Below are positions 1 to 12,498 of a stretch of 64,000 nt of DNA, piece after piece. This DNA is from Octopus vulgaris (taxonomy: Eukaryota). The notes under the pieces are model-generated. The model was given only the letters and a program-made list of their open reading frames with translations. It was not told the origin of the DNA and did not search any database. The first letter of the stretch is position 1. Every line of letters starts with the position of its first letter. Location: contig OX597834.1 in NCBI GenBank assembly GCA_951406725.2, positions 43,648,001 to 43,712,000 on the forward strand. Reading direction: 5' to 3'. The position numbers were made by a program, and so were the translations under genes.

Positions 1-375
1 GAAGAGGCAAGTATTATTTTGATGACTATTAATAACAATAATAAGAACAACGATGACGATGATTATGATGATGATGTTGATGATGATGATGATGATGGCA
101 CACAGTAGGGAAGAAAGAAAGGTGAAGAAAGAGAATCGGCAAATGTAATTAAATGGAAATTTGATACTAAATATGATTGCATGACTGTTTGAGCAGAAGT
201 TAACATTTGCAATTGTAATTTAGAATCGGGCGTGTGTGTGATCGTGGACTTCAATGTGATTGAACATCGTACAATGATATCTGAGTGTGTCGGTGTTTGT
301 GTGTGTGTGTGTGCGTGTATGTATGTGTATTTATAGATAGATAGATGCATACATACATGTGTGTATGCGTATCTG

Positions 376-491
<116 letters not shown>

Positions 492-997
492 AATATATAT
501 ATATGAACACATCAGTGGTGTGTGAGTTTCTATAGAGGGGTGTGTTTTTATAGATGTACATCCAGATGTATATTCGTATATAAAACTATGCATATGTGTG
601 CATATGGGTGTCTGTAGGCACGTGTGTGTGTGTATTTATATATACACATATATACATACGTGTATATATATATACATATACACACACACATATATATACA
701 TACATACAAACATATATATTTACAGCGACTAGTCTGGAAGTCTGATAATCTGGTGTGTTCAATATAGCTATAGTTGATTAACTTCTAAAGATGATTTATT
801 AGCAACTCAGGAAAATGAATAAAAATGGCGGTGTGCTGAGGGGAGTGGAATGGGAAACAAGCCATACACATCTAAATATATACACATATCTACACAAATA
901 CATCCATTTATGTACCTATTCTCACACTCACACTCACGTGTTTATATATATGTATATATATATATATAAATGAACACATTTCCGCATACATACAAAC

Positions 998-1040
<43 letters not shown>

Positions 1041-1063
1041 TATATATATATATACATACATAC

Positions 1064-1100
<37 letters not shown>

Positions 1101-1193
1101 TGTGTACATACACACATGCATACATATACCAAAAACTACAGACGCAGATACATACATACAAACATACACACATATAAGTGGGCTCGTGCACAT

Positions 1194-1226
<33 letters not shown>

Positions 1227-1234
1227 AACACACA

Positions 1235-1316
<82 letters not shown>

Positions 1317-1811
1317 TGGAACTGCTGTGTAAGCAGCGGGCAAGAGAACTGGCCTATCGTTCATGACAGTAGAACTGTTGGAAATTAGATAACAAGATTT
1401 TCGATTTGGGGGGAAGCCATTTAATTGATAATATTTTTGTTTTCTCCTCCACCTTTCCTCCACTTCCTTCTCGTACTTCCATCCTTCTCCTCATCATCAT
1501 CATCATCTTCATCATTATTGTTCCTTCTCGTCTCCCACGCCTTCGCTTTCACTCTTTTCGTCGTCTTTCTGTTTTCTTCTTCTTCTTGTTATTATTCTTG
1601 TTCTTCTTCTTCATCCTCTCATGCCGTGGTCTGCTGAAGAAATTGGATTTTTCACATAATGGAAATTAATAAAGTTATATTGTAAAAATAAAACAATCAA
1701 CTCGGCAACAAGAGAGGAAGAAAGAAAATAAATAAAGAAAGAAAGAAAGAAAGAAAGGAAGGAAGGAGGAAAGAAAGAGAGACAGAAAATATAGACGAAG
1801 AAAAAGAAAAA

Positions 1812-1865
<54 letters not shown>

Positions 1866-1932
1866 GAAAAAGAAGAAGAAGAAGAAGAAGAAGAAGAAGA
1901 AGAAGAAGAAGAAGAAGAAGAAGAAGAAGAAG
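1812..1932. repeat. (GAT)n followed by (GAA)n trinucleotide microsatellites
   Basis: Read directly; source of the poly-His/poly-Leu ORF 1675..2163. Confidence 0.95.
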
Positions 1933-2515
1933 AGGAAGAGAAAGGAAGAATAAGAGGAGAAGATAAAGATGATGATGAGGAGGCGGTTGAAGAGGAGAAG
2001 AAGATTTCAAGAAGGAGAGGAAGATGACGAAGAAGAAAAACAACAGCAACAACATTGACAAAGGAGGGGAAGGGGATGAATTAGAACAACAACAACAACA
2101 ACGATAACAAAAACAAGAACCGCAACCAGAAAAACGATAATAACACGGACAGATCAGAAACAAGAATTACAAGAACAACGCGTGAGATATAAGTGATTAT
2201 GTAATTAGAGAGAGAACGAAAGAGGACGAGAGAGAGAGAGGGAGAGAGAGTCAGAGTTATAGAGGGAGACGGAGGCAGAGGAGAGAAAGAACGAAAGAAC
2301 GAAAACCAAAGTGAGAGAGAGAGAGAGAGAGAGAAAGAGGAAGAGTCTTGATTAAGAATAAATCGATTAAGACTAAAGATAAATGAATCTTAGTGTGATA
2401 TCATATTTCGGTGGAGTAGACGTACGTGTGTACGTTGATGGGGGACTAAGATTGTATTGAGATATGTGAGAGTATAGGGCTGGTTTCATGTTTGCGTGAG
2501 TGGGCATGCGTGTGC

Positions 2516-2560
<45 letters not shown>

Positions 2561-2624
2561 TGCGTATGTGTATTTGTGAATGTGTGTTTATGTGTGTGTA
2601 TGTATGTGTGCGTATATACTTCTG

Positions 2625-2667
<43 letters not shown>

Positions 2668-2933
2668 TTATGATGGTGTCAGGCACGAACTGAGGTGAAG
2701 GAAACTGAACGGTACTGAATGTAAGTGTAATTTTTCTGTGCGCTTGTCTAAGCATGCGTAAGTATATTCTTTTTTGCTAACTTTCATTCAATTAGCGCAA
2801 ACGTCTATCTAAGCGTATTAATAGTATATATACATGCATATATATAATATAAATAATAAATATGTGTGATTGTTTTTATTAAAAACCTTAATGTATAGAT
2901 ATATGCATACATATGTGTGTGTGTGTGGGGGTG

Positions 2934-3004
<71 letters not shown>

Positions 3005-3151
3005 GTAACTTAATACAGAACACTGTTAACCTTTCAATTAATATCACTCATACATCCCATACACCATTCACATTACAGAATTATATCTACCCTAATTGCA
3101 CCAAATCCAGAGCTACTTACCTCCCTTACACACAATATTTTTACTCATGGA

Positions 3152-3270
3152 CTAGTAGACCCGACAACGTTCGGTAATCGGTGTCCATTCAAAGCTGGGA
3201 TCAGTAATTTTATGAAACCGGTATGCTTTTGAATCTATCTAACAATTTACAATAATGACTTTTATTAATT
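3152..3270 (-). mobile_element. Probable Helitron 3' terminus (short hairpin + CTAG)
   Basis: Minus strand reads ...CCGAACGTTGTCGGGTCTACTAG|T: a CCGA/TCGG stem just upstream of CTAG followed by T, the canonical Helitron 3' signature. Upstream extent uncertain. Confidence 0.4.
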
Positions 3271-3425
3271 TTATTCCTACCTCAGTTCATCTAATTGTAT
3301 ATATGTATCGTTAATTTTCATAGAAAGCATTTACTTTTTTTGATTTCCAATGTGCATTTTCGCTTATTTTTGTCTTACTTTCCCATTACATTTCCACGTG
3401 TAGTTTCTATTTTCTATTTGTTACA

Positions 3426-3499
<74 letters not shown>

Positions 3500-3822
3500 T
3501 GTGTGTGTCTGTGTGTGTGTGTATAAACGTGATTTAGTTATGTAATTTAGGTCAATATTGAAGAGAATAGTGCATATAAAAACAGAATTCGAAGCGCATT
3601 GTGACCAGTGGTGTGTAAGAGCATCCGATGGTATAGTCTATACTGTTGTACTGTAGAATATATAATCATATGCCATGTATACTAACATGTGTGTGCATGA
3701 ATGTATATATATATATATACATATATATACATATATATAAGTATATGTATATATATATATGCGTGTGCGTATATACATATATGCATATGTGTATATATAT
3801 ATGTACATACATACACACTAAA

Positions 3823-3859
<37 letters not shown>

Positions 3860-4512
3860 CATACATATTTCTCACAGGAAACGGGTGTCGTGATGTCTGA
3901 CTATGGTTGTGAGAAGACAGTAAACATGAAGCAGTCATACCCTACGGTATTGAGTTCTCCTTTACTGGGGATTGCTACGAGGAACAGCTCAAGATCTATC
4001 GCTATACGTATGTAAGCATATATGCACACACACACACACTCACACACGCACGCACATATCGATAGCTAGATATATAGGCAGATAGACACATACACAAATA
4101 CACACATAGATGTGGATGTATGGTGGCTTAGACACCCGGATGGCAATATAGATATTGATGGAGTGGGCGGCGGATGGTCGGATGAATGCTTGACTTGGTA
4201 AATTGTTAGAGAAATAGATATAGCAATAGGCAGACTGGTAGATTGATGAGTTTGAAGGCAGGCTTGATTGATGGATGCAATTATATCAGGAGAGTCAGCT
4301 TAATAAATATAGCATGCACAAAAGCACATTCGTGTGTATACATCTGCGTGTGTGTGTGGGGGGGGGGGCAAATAATTGGTTGTATGTGGTTGTATATTTA
4401 TATAGATCCGTTGATGGCCCTGGGTATTTATAGGCAGATATGTGATTTGTTTCATACACTGTATCAAGAATACACCGCGCACACAATCGAATTATCATTA
4501 ATATTATTATTA

Positions 4513-4845
4513 TTCAGTAGTATAGTTTTTATAGCGTGCTTTCACTTCACTACCGAGCGCAGCTCTGTGTGCCTTGGGTATGTGCTGTGATTTGTTGTGA
4601 TGCTCTGATGGTTATTGTATGGAAAGTGTTCTGCGTAGGATGTGTGCAGTGCCTAGTAGTGCAATTTTCTGTATGTTATATGTGTTTGTAAGTCCTGGTG
4701 TTTTTGTTAAGTATTTGTCTGAATATTTTTTTATCATGCCTAATATGATAGGAATTGTTTCTGTTTTTAGATTCCACATTCTGGTTACCTCTATTTCAAG
4801 GTCTTTGTATTTTGAAAGTTTCTCCATTTCTTTTAGAGACACGTT
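4513..4845 (-). mobile_element. 5'-truncated R4/Dong-clade non-LTR retrotransposon (C-terminal restriction-like endonuclease region + 3' UTR)
   Basis: ORF 4612..4842 has K..KY.DL..E..RMW..K...IPIILG...IQK.ALLGTAHILR, typical of the C-terminus of RLE-type R4/Dong elements. Flanked on both sides by TAA/TAT repeats. Confidence 0.8.
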
Positions 4846-4846
<1 letters not shown>

Positions 4847-4918
<72 letters not shown>

Positions 4919-4932
4919 TGTTATTATTATTA

Positions 4933-4984
<52 letters not shown>

Positions 4985-4988
4985 CATT
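4847..4988. repeat. (TAT)n/(TAA)n microsatellite
   Basis: Read directly. Confidence 0.97.
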
Positions 4989-4989
4989 T

Positions 4990-5540
4990 AGTGAGAGAGC
5001 AGTGCATGCCATCAAGGTGAAACGGGTAAAATATACGAAGCCCAGTATAACCATCATGACTACCCGTCTGATAAGGGTACACTAGGCACATGCATCACAA
5101 CCATATGTTCGCGACATGGTGGTCTCATATCAAGATAAATAGCACATGACCTTGCAGGTGAGGTCCAGTTAGAATTTTCTTCTGGTCGAGTAACCCATCC
5201 CGCTCAAAAAGTCCCTGAATAAGGATTGTTTAAGGATGTTGAACGAAACACCCATATTTCCAGAGGTGAATTATCCAAACCTCCAAAAATTCCTCTCAAC
5301 ACATGGCTATGATGCTCCCCCACTACTTCTGCTTGTTATCAGAGATGCACATATCGTCAACCACTAAGGGACATGCTCAACTGGTTAAGGTCAAACAATT
5401 GACAAGCAAATCTGTGGTATTGAGCAGAATATTTGCTGTAGCCCATCTTTTATACCAAGACAAAACAATGTACATGATAACACTTCCAATCAGTTAAGAT
5501 CAGAAGCCATGAGAGCCACTGCCTGGTACTGCATCGGGGC
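4990..5540 (-). mobile_element. ~550-bp non-coding interspersed element embedded in (TAA)n
   Basis: Its left end (GTGAGAGAGCAGTGCATGCCATCAA...CTCATATCAAGATA) recurs at 41292-41443, also next to (TAT)n. No meaningful ORF. Strand inferred from the TAA-tailed end. Confidence 0.7.
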
Positions 5541-5610
5541 CTATTATTATTGTTATTATCATCATCATCATCATCATCATCATTATCATTATTATTATTA
5601 TTATTATTGT

Positions 5611-5762
5611 GGAAGCACAATGGCCCAGTTGTTAGGGCAGCGGACTCGCTGTCGGAGGACCACGATTTCGATTCCCAGACCGGGCGTTGTGTGTGGGGTC
5701 GATCTAATCGAGTGGCCCCCCTCCCCTAAAATTTCGGGCCTTGTGCCTGGAGTAGAAAAGTA
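5611..5762 (+). mobile_element. Chimeric SINE: family-B tRNA head fused to family-A tail
   Basis: 5611-5694 matches the heads at 19201 and 55445. It continues directly into GGGGTCGATCTAATCGA...GGGCCTTGTGCCT.GAGTAGAAAAG, the family-A tail (cf. 41709-41770). Confidence 0.7.
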
Positions 5763-5954
5763 TATTGGTTTCCAGTTTTGGCACATCCGTAGTAATTAAG
5801 AAATAGGGGTAAGTCGATCCTAGTGTTTAAATGGTAATTATTTTCAACAACGAAAGGCAAAGACGACGACGGCGGAATTTGAACTCAGAAGGTAAATTCT
5901 GCTAATTATTTTGTCTAGCGTGTTGACGATTCAACCTAAAGTGATATACAAATA

Positions 5955-6331
5955 GTGTTTTCTATTCTAGGTACAGGACCCGAAATCTTGGGCGAGCGGG
6001 GCCAGACGATTAGATCGACTCCAGTACGCAACAAAAGGATGAAGGTAAAGTTGTCCCCGGCGGCATTTGAACTCAGAATGTAGCGGCAGACGAAATACCT
6101 ATTTCTTTACTATCCACAAGGGGCTAAACACAGAGAGGACAAACAAGGACAGACAAAGGGATTAAGTCGATTATATCGACTACAATGCGTAACTGGTACT
6201 TAATTTATCGACCCCGAAAGGATGAAAGGCAAAGTCGACCTCGGTGGAATTTGAACTCAGAACGTAACGGCTGACGAAATACCGCAAGGCTTTTCGCACG
6301 GCGTCCTCACGTTTCTGCCAGCTCGCCGCCT
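5955..6331 (-). mobile_element. tRNA-derived SINE family A, dimeric copy with target-site duplication
   Basis: Head GGCGGCGAGCTGGCAGAAACG, B-box-like GAGTTCAAATTCC, core GAGGTCGACTTTGCCTTTCATCCTTTCGGGGTCGATAAATTAAGTACC (resembles the Meta/MESC SINE core, from recall). Flanked by AGTGATATA(C/T)AAATA at 5940-5954 and 6333-6347. Confidence 0.9.
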
Positions 6332-6366
6332 TAGTGATATATAAATAATGGGTGTATTCATTTCTT

Positions 6367-6428
6367 CGCGGAATGCAGTTTCGATCTATGGACCTCCCGG
6401 TTATGGGACCAGCTAACGTCACTCCGCA
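6367..6428 (-). pseudogene. Initiator tRNA-Met (CAT) pseudogene lacking most of the D-arm
   Basis: Minus strand TGCGGAGTGACGTTAGCTGGTCCCATAACCGGGAGGTCCATAGATCGAAACTGCATTCCGCG. It aligns with eukaryotic tRNAiMet (GCTGGGCCCATAACCCAGAGGTCGATGGATCGAAAC), including the diagnostic GATCGAAA T-loop; GCGGAG/TTCCGC acceptor stem. Confidence 0.7.
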
Positions 6429-6906
6429 TCCACCATGTCGATCACATCAGCGAAAACTTTAGTAAATGTATAAAGTATTATGTCTTTCACTATTTGTTTT
6501 GGTGTCAAATGTACGAATACAGTAACTACAAATATCCCAGCTCTGGGATGTCAGTGCAGATGCTGAAAGACAACATCTCACTCTGGCAATAGACCGAGAG
6601 TCACATTTGACAAACTACATGCGTAGCTCCATGCCTTCCACATTATTCTGGGTGTCTCGTCTTTTGACATTTTCAGATCAGCCAGAAACAAATCAATTTT
6701 ATAAACTTTTCCCCAGCGCAGCGAAGTCAGAGAGCTTGAAAATATAGCAAGCGCATTTCCAAGTAAGTCTGTTATACAGAAATATATACCTGTATATATG
6801 TAGGTCTCTATGAGTGCATACATATATATTATTACTATTACTATTATATTATTATATGATCGAACGACTCGCATCCATTTCCCAGTAAGTTTTACCTAAG
6901 TTTTAC

Positions 6907-7076
<170 letters not shown>

Positions 7077-7107
7077 GTCGCGAAAATGCATGGAGGGAAT
7101 ATAAAGA

Positions 7108-7265
7108 ATTAATATTCTTTTCTACTCCAAGCACTTAATTTATCGACCCCGAAAAGATGAAAGGCAAAGTCGACCTCGGCAGAATTTGAACTCAGGACGT
7201 AACGGCAGACGAAATACGGCTACGTATTTCGCCCGGCGTGCTAACGTTTCTGCCAGCTCGCCGCC
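7108..7265 (-). mobile_element. SINE family A, internally deleted copy
   Basis: Head and core match other family-A copies; tail joined directly to core. Confidence 0.85.
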
Positions 7266-7277
7266 TTTATGAACAAT

Positions 7278-7595
7278 TAATATTCTTTTCTACTCTAGGC
7301 ATAAGGTCTGAAATTTATTGCGAGAGGGCCAGTTGATTAGATCGACCCCAGTACGCAACTGGTACTGAATTCATCGACTCCGAAAGGATGAAAGGCAAAG
7401 TCGACCTCGGCAGAAATTGAACTCAGAACGGAGCGGCAGACGAGGTCGACTTTGCTTTTCATCTTTTCGGGGTCGATAAATTCAGTACCAGTTGCGTACT
7501 GGGGTCGATATAATCAAGTACATGGGTCATCTAATCGACTGGCACCCTCCCTAAAAATACTTCGAGCCTTGTACCTAAAGTAGAAGAGAATATTA
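7278..7595. mobile_element. Head-to-head inverted pair of SINE family A 3' halves
   Basis: 7278-7409 (minus) and 7441-7595 (plus) are approximate reverse complements around a 31-nt spacer. Confidence 0.85.
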
Positions 7596-8389
7596 TCAAG
7601 ATTGAAATCGTACTCCAGAACGACGCAATTGCGTCATCATTTCCCCGTTTCTGCCGCTCAACCGCCGCCAGCCAATATTTTGTTTAAATATTAACTATCT
7701 CATAGCTGTGTATAAAACCAGCATATATATACATGTCATGCTGGCTGCAGATATGAAACATATTAATTTATTTTTCCAAAACCACAGCTGCCATATATTT
7801 TACCTCGTTTCCTTTTTTCCCTTCTCATTGTGTATTTTATCTTGGCAGATTATTATTAAAACGTTCCTCTAAATCTTAGCGCTTTCCTTGATTCTTTTGT
7901 TTCCCACCATTTCAACAACTCTAATACTGTTTAACAAGAGAATGGAGATCGCTTGATATGGCCGCCATAGCGTATTTATTTTACGTCTTATTTTCTGCTT
8001 TATTTTGTTTGATTCTTTTCTCTTTTTGGCAACAACATTGGCAGAAAACGGTGGCCAAACACTTAATTGATATACATACACACACACACGCATATATATA
8101 TATATATATATATATATGTCTACAGACAGACATACACGTTCATATATCATACAGCGCATTCGTACACAAGACGTACATATACGCAACACAACACAAACAA
8201 CCACACAAGCACAAATGCACAAATACACACGCACATGGATGTTTAAACACGTAACTGATAATTGTGTTTTCTCACCACGATTGACACCGTGTCTGTCTGT
8301 CTGTCTGTCTAGATTATCGATGTTCTTGATTCCTTTCCTTTCTTTTTATTTTCGTAACCGACCAAATGTATACATGCGTATGTGTAAGT

Positions 8390-8430
<41 letters not shown>

Positions 8431-8633
8431 TTTGCATGCGAGTGATCGTGTGGTGCGTGTGTTCATTTAGCCGACGCTTTCCATATCTGCTGCATACATT
8501 CATGTAAGCCGTGTGTTTATATAACTAAATCATACGTTGACGAGCTTTATGCATTTGGTATAGAAACATATAACCCAATAATTGAACAGTTCATATTAAC
8601 AATCAAAATTGCATACATACACACATATGAACG

Positions 8634-8666
<33 letters not shown>

Positions 8667-8690
8667 TCATATAATATATAAGTGCATGTG

Positions 8691-8728
<38 letters not shown>

Positions 8729-8870
8729 GTATTTATAGAAATATATATACGTATTTATAGAAATATATATACATATATATAAATATACATACATATAAAC
8801 ATATATATACATATATATACATATGTAGATATCCATATGTACATATAAACATATATATATACATATAAAC

Positions 8871-8916
<46 letters not shown>

Positions 8917-9097
8917 ACATATATGCATATATAGATATGTTTATGTATATTTGTGTATGTATGTACGTCTAGTAATCTTTTGCTTGTTTCAGCCATTAGA
9001 CTGCATCAAGGCTAGGCGACTGGTTTGTGGAGTTCTAATCAAACCTATTTTGCGCAGTATTTCTCTTTTTAAAAGCCTAACATTATCTATCTATCTA

Positions 9098-9180
<83 letters not shown>

Positions 9181-9399
9181 TTATCTATCGGTCTTTTGAC
9201 TGAACCGCTAAGTTACGGGGGTGTAAACAAACAAACACAAGTTTTTTATTGTTGCGGTGGGATATAAACACAAACACACGTGATATAGAGCAAACTAGTT
9301 TGTGTCCCTGTTCTAGTGTCAAGTAAATCCCCATTAGTGTAAAACCAGCCTTCAGCCCAACTTACCTCCTTAGGTACAAATATAGGCCATCTTTGAAAT

Positions 9400-9500
9400 C
9401 CCTATCCGCCGAGTAACTCACCTTGCAGAGGTCAATATAGGCTGCGAACACACCCGGCCCAAAATTCTGCTTGACTTCAACGAGTGCAAAGAAGAGCCAG
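9400..9500 (-). mobile_element. Small degenerate RTE-clade reverse transcriptase fragment
   Basis: ORF 9362..9694 contains LVEVKQNFGPGVFAAYIDLCKVSYSADR, resembling the RTE RT motif AAYVDL.KAFDSVDR. Confidence 0.5.
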
Positions 9501-9932
9501 GATCCCCTCTTTAGTTGAAACTTGTAAACTCGTAGTGTGAATGATTGTAACCAGTTGTGGGAATGACTGCATGGAGACTGTTGTCCTCTTTGTGATATGT
9601 TTTTGTTGTGGAGAAATTGAGAAATTTCTTTCACTGAATTTCTCTTGTTTTCGAGTCCACCAAATCTAAGTCTGTGTGTCGTGTCAAATATCATTTCTTC
9701 TAAAATAAATTACGTCTAATACTAATAACATGTCATTTCCTATGATTGATCGATTGATTGATTCTTTGAATGATTTCTATAATTCCATCACATCTGAAGA
9801 GAGTCGTAGCTGTCCAGGTCAATAGGGCATTTGGCTGTCAAAAGACCACAGATACGATTAAATGATACGTAATATCATGTATATGTGATGTGTGCATGCG
9901 TTTGTGTATATGTGTATGTGTATTCAAATATG

Positions 9933-9969
<37 letters not shown>

Positions 9970-10189
9970 GCGCGCGTTCGCACACATACGTATGCAAACA
10001 CGATCACATATTCGTATTTGTTTTTAAGTTGTTTATTAGAATTAAACATTAATTTGAAGTATTACTCAATACTCTTCGTAGGAGACATTTTTATTGAAAT
10101 TATACAAGAAGAAAATGACAGTGACTTCGAAGTTTCGGTCTTCTAGCCTTTGGTAGCACAATAAAAACGCTTAAATCACTGGTCATATC

Positions 10190-11250
10190 AGATGTGGGGA
10201 CATGCGGCTTTGCAGCGCGTTGCTTCGATCACCATTTGTTGGTATTTCCGAGTCCTTCTGGTCAGTCTCCATCAGTCGCTATCTTTGTGGGGTAACTCTT
10301 CATCTGCCATGAACATATAACATGCAGAACCCAGCCGGGCCCCAAATGAAGAGAACCCAGTAGACAGGATATAACTCGGAAAATTGAGCAACGCGGCCTA
10401 ATAGGTTGAGTTGGCGCTTCAGAATCATGCAAGCGATAGGACGCATCTCCGTTTCTGAGTAAAGTCGTAAGTTGAATTCGAAATCCGACTTATGGTAAAC
10501 TCATATTCCTGTGAAGTGTCCTGGTACCAGAGGACCCTAGGCGACTCCTAAGAGCCCCGGACAGCGTCCAAGTCTCACAACTATAGAGCAGGACAAGAGG
10601 CGCCACAGACCTGAACAAACGAACCTTTCTCTTCCTGCGCAGATAATAGCGGCAGCAAATATCCTTGTCCAATGACTTCACAACTGCACCAGTTTGTTCA
10701 AGTCCTTTTAAGATTTTCTCTCGAAGCTAATGTTGCTCACTGCCAAGATAAATGAAACGGTCAACAATTATGACAATCTCCAAGCAGCAGAAACAGACGA
10801 GGTGGAATTTTGCGAGAAGCCAACGAAAGGACCAAGGACGAAGTCTATTCAGTTTCTCACTCCCTGAAAAGAGAGCGATGCTTAAGACACCTGGAGACTC
10901 GACAAGAATAACCGCGTACTCATCAAAATGTACGTCTGTAATCGTAGTTTCACCAATGAATGCCCCACAACTCGTTCGAATCACCATTCGGCCAAGTATC
11001 CAATACATGCAGACATTGAACACAGGCTCGGGTCCAAGCCCCGCACCAAATTTAACTGTCAAATGTTGATCCCACAATCCGTTCTGCACTCACTGTCCGG
11101 GTGAACAACGTCAGTCCACTCAGCCGAGGAGATATATTACGCAGCTACAGAGTCCTCGAAAGCACATCCTTGACCACCGAGCCAAAAGCCTTGCAGAGGC
11201 CGTGACAGGCCGCAAACAACCACTGCCGAAAGATCCGCTTGCGTTCAACA
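10190..11250 (-). mobile_element. Degenerate RTE-clade LINE (RT domain to 3' end)
   Basis: Minus-strand peptides VERKRIFRQWLFAACHGLCKAFGSV (~11170-11250), ITDVHFDEYAVIL (degenerate FADD motif), VDRFIYLGS and KVRLFRS...LLYSCETWTL, in the expected order with frameshifts and stops. Confidence 0.85.
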
Positions 11251-12466
11251 AATTATAAAAAAATTAACAGTTCACATCGATGGACCCTCAGTAATAGAGG
11301 TCTCATATGTGAGCACCAAAACGCCGAAGACACTTAAAGAGAATTCCAATTCTCTGCAAATTTGTAGGAGCTTATTGAAATAAACAATGTAAATGCTAGG
11401 TTTTAAAATATAATTAATACTTTATTGACAAGCAGTCCTCTTAATTATTTGATTTAGGACAGCATATATGTGTTTGTGTGTGTGCAAGCGCATACATATA
11501 TACGTACATTATATACATATATATATATATATATATTGTGTGTGTGTGTGTTTGTAATTTGAACTAGAGAAAAAGAAAAAGAAAAGCCAAGCAAGCAATC
11601 GAACATAAATTTTTTATGATAAATCAATGTTCATAATTGTAACTCGAGTATATTTTTGCCTTCTGTATGTTCCATGAAGCTTATACTAACGTAACCTCGT
11701 TACGATCAGATCAAGGGTTTTAACATTGATGGAATAATTTTTCTATGGCTGTTTAATTCAGCCGATGTAGAACAGAATATTAATTTATATTAGTGAGAAC
11801 AAAGAACAAATATTGCTTTTTCGTTATTTTAAGCTATTTCAGTTGAAAGGCCCCATTAGTAAATTTATTCTGTTCATAACATCAGTCGGTGGCTCTCGAG
11901 ATAAAATGTCGGAATTTATTTGTAGTTATATGTGGAACGTTAATTATTTGGACGCCATTACTTTGGAGACATATAATATGTATGTAAATAATAAACACAT
12001 CTACGTGTGTCTGGGATATATATATGTGTATATGTATGTGTGTGTCTCTGTATCTGTGTGTATACACATATATATATAAATATATATATACACATATCTA
12101 TATGCATATGTCTGTGTGCGCGCGTGTTTATATATATAATTAGAGAGAGAGAGAGAGAGAAACAGAGAGAAGAGAGACAGTGATAAATATAAATGTATGT
12201 CCGTGTGCGCATGTCATATACATGCGTATATATGTGTGCGTATGCGTTTTGTAGACGAATGTGCTGTGTGTGTACGCGTAAATAAATAAATATATACATA
12301 TACTTATATATATATTTGTTTATTTATATACATATATATATACATATACATATATGTATACACATATATACATATATATATACCTATATATATATACATA
12401 CATATATATATATACACATATATATATCTATATATGCATATACATAGATAGATGCACACACATACA

Positions 12467-12498
<32 letters not shown>

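Noticed and set aside
6540-6800. Minus-strand ORF 6578..6874 with an acceptor-like AG
   Set aside because: No recognisable domain or partner exons; similarity to LINE termini is too weak to call.
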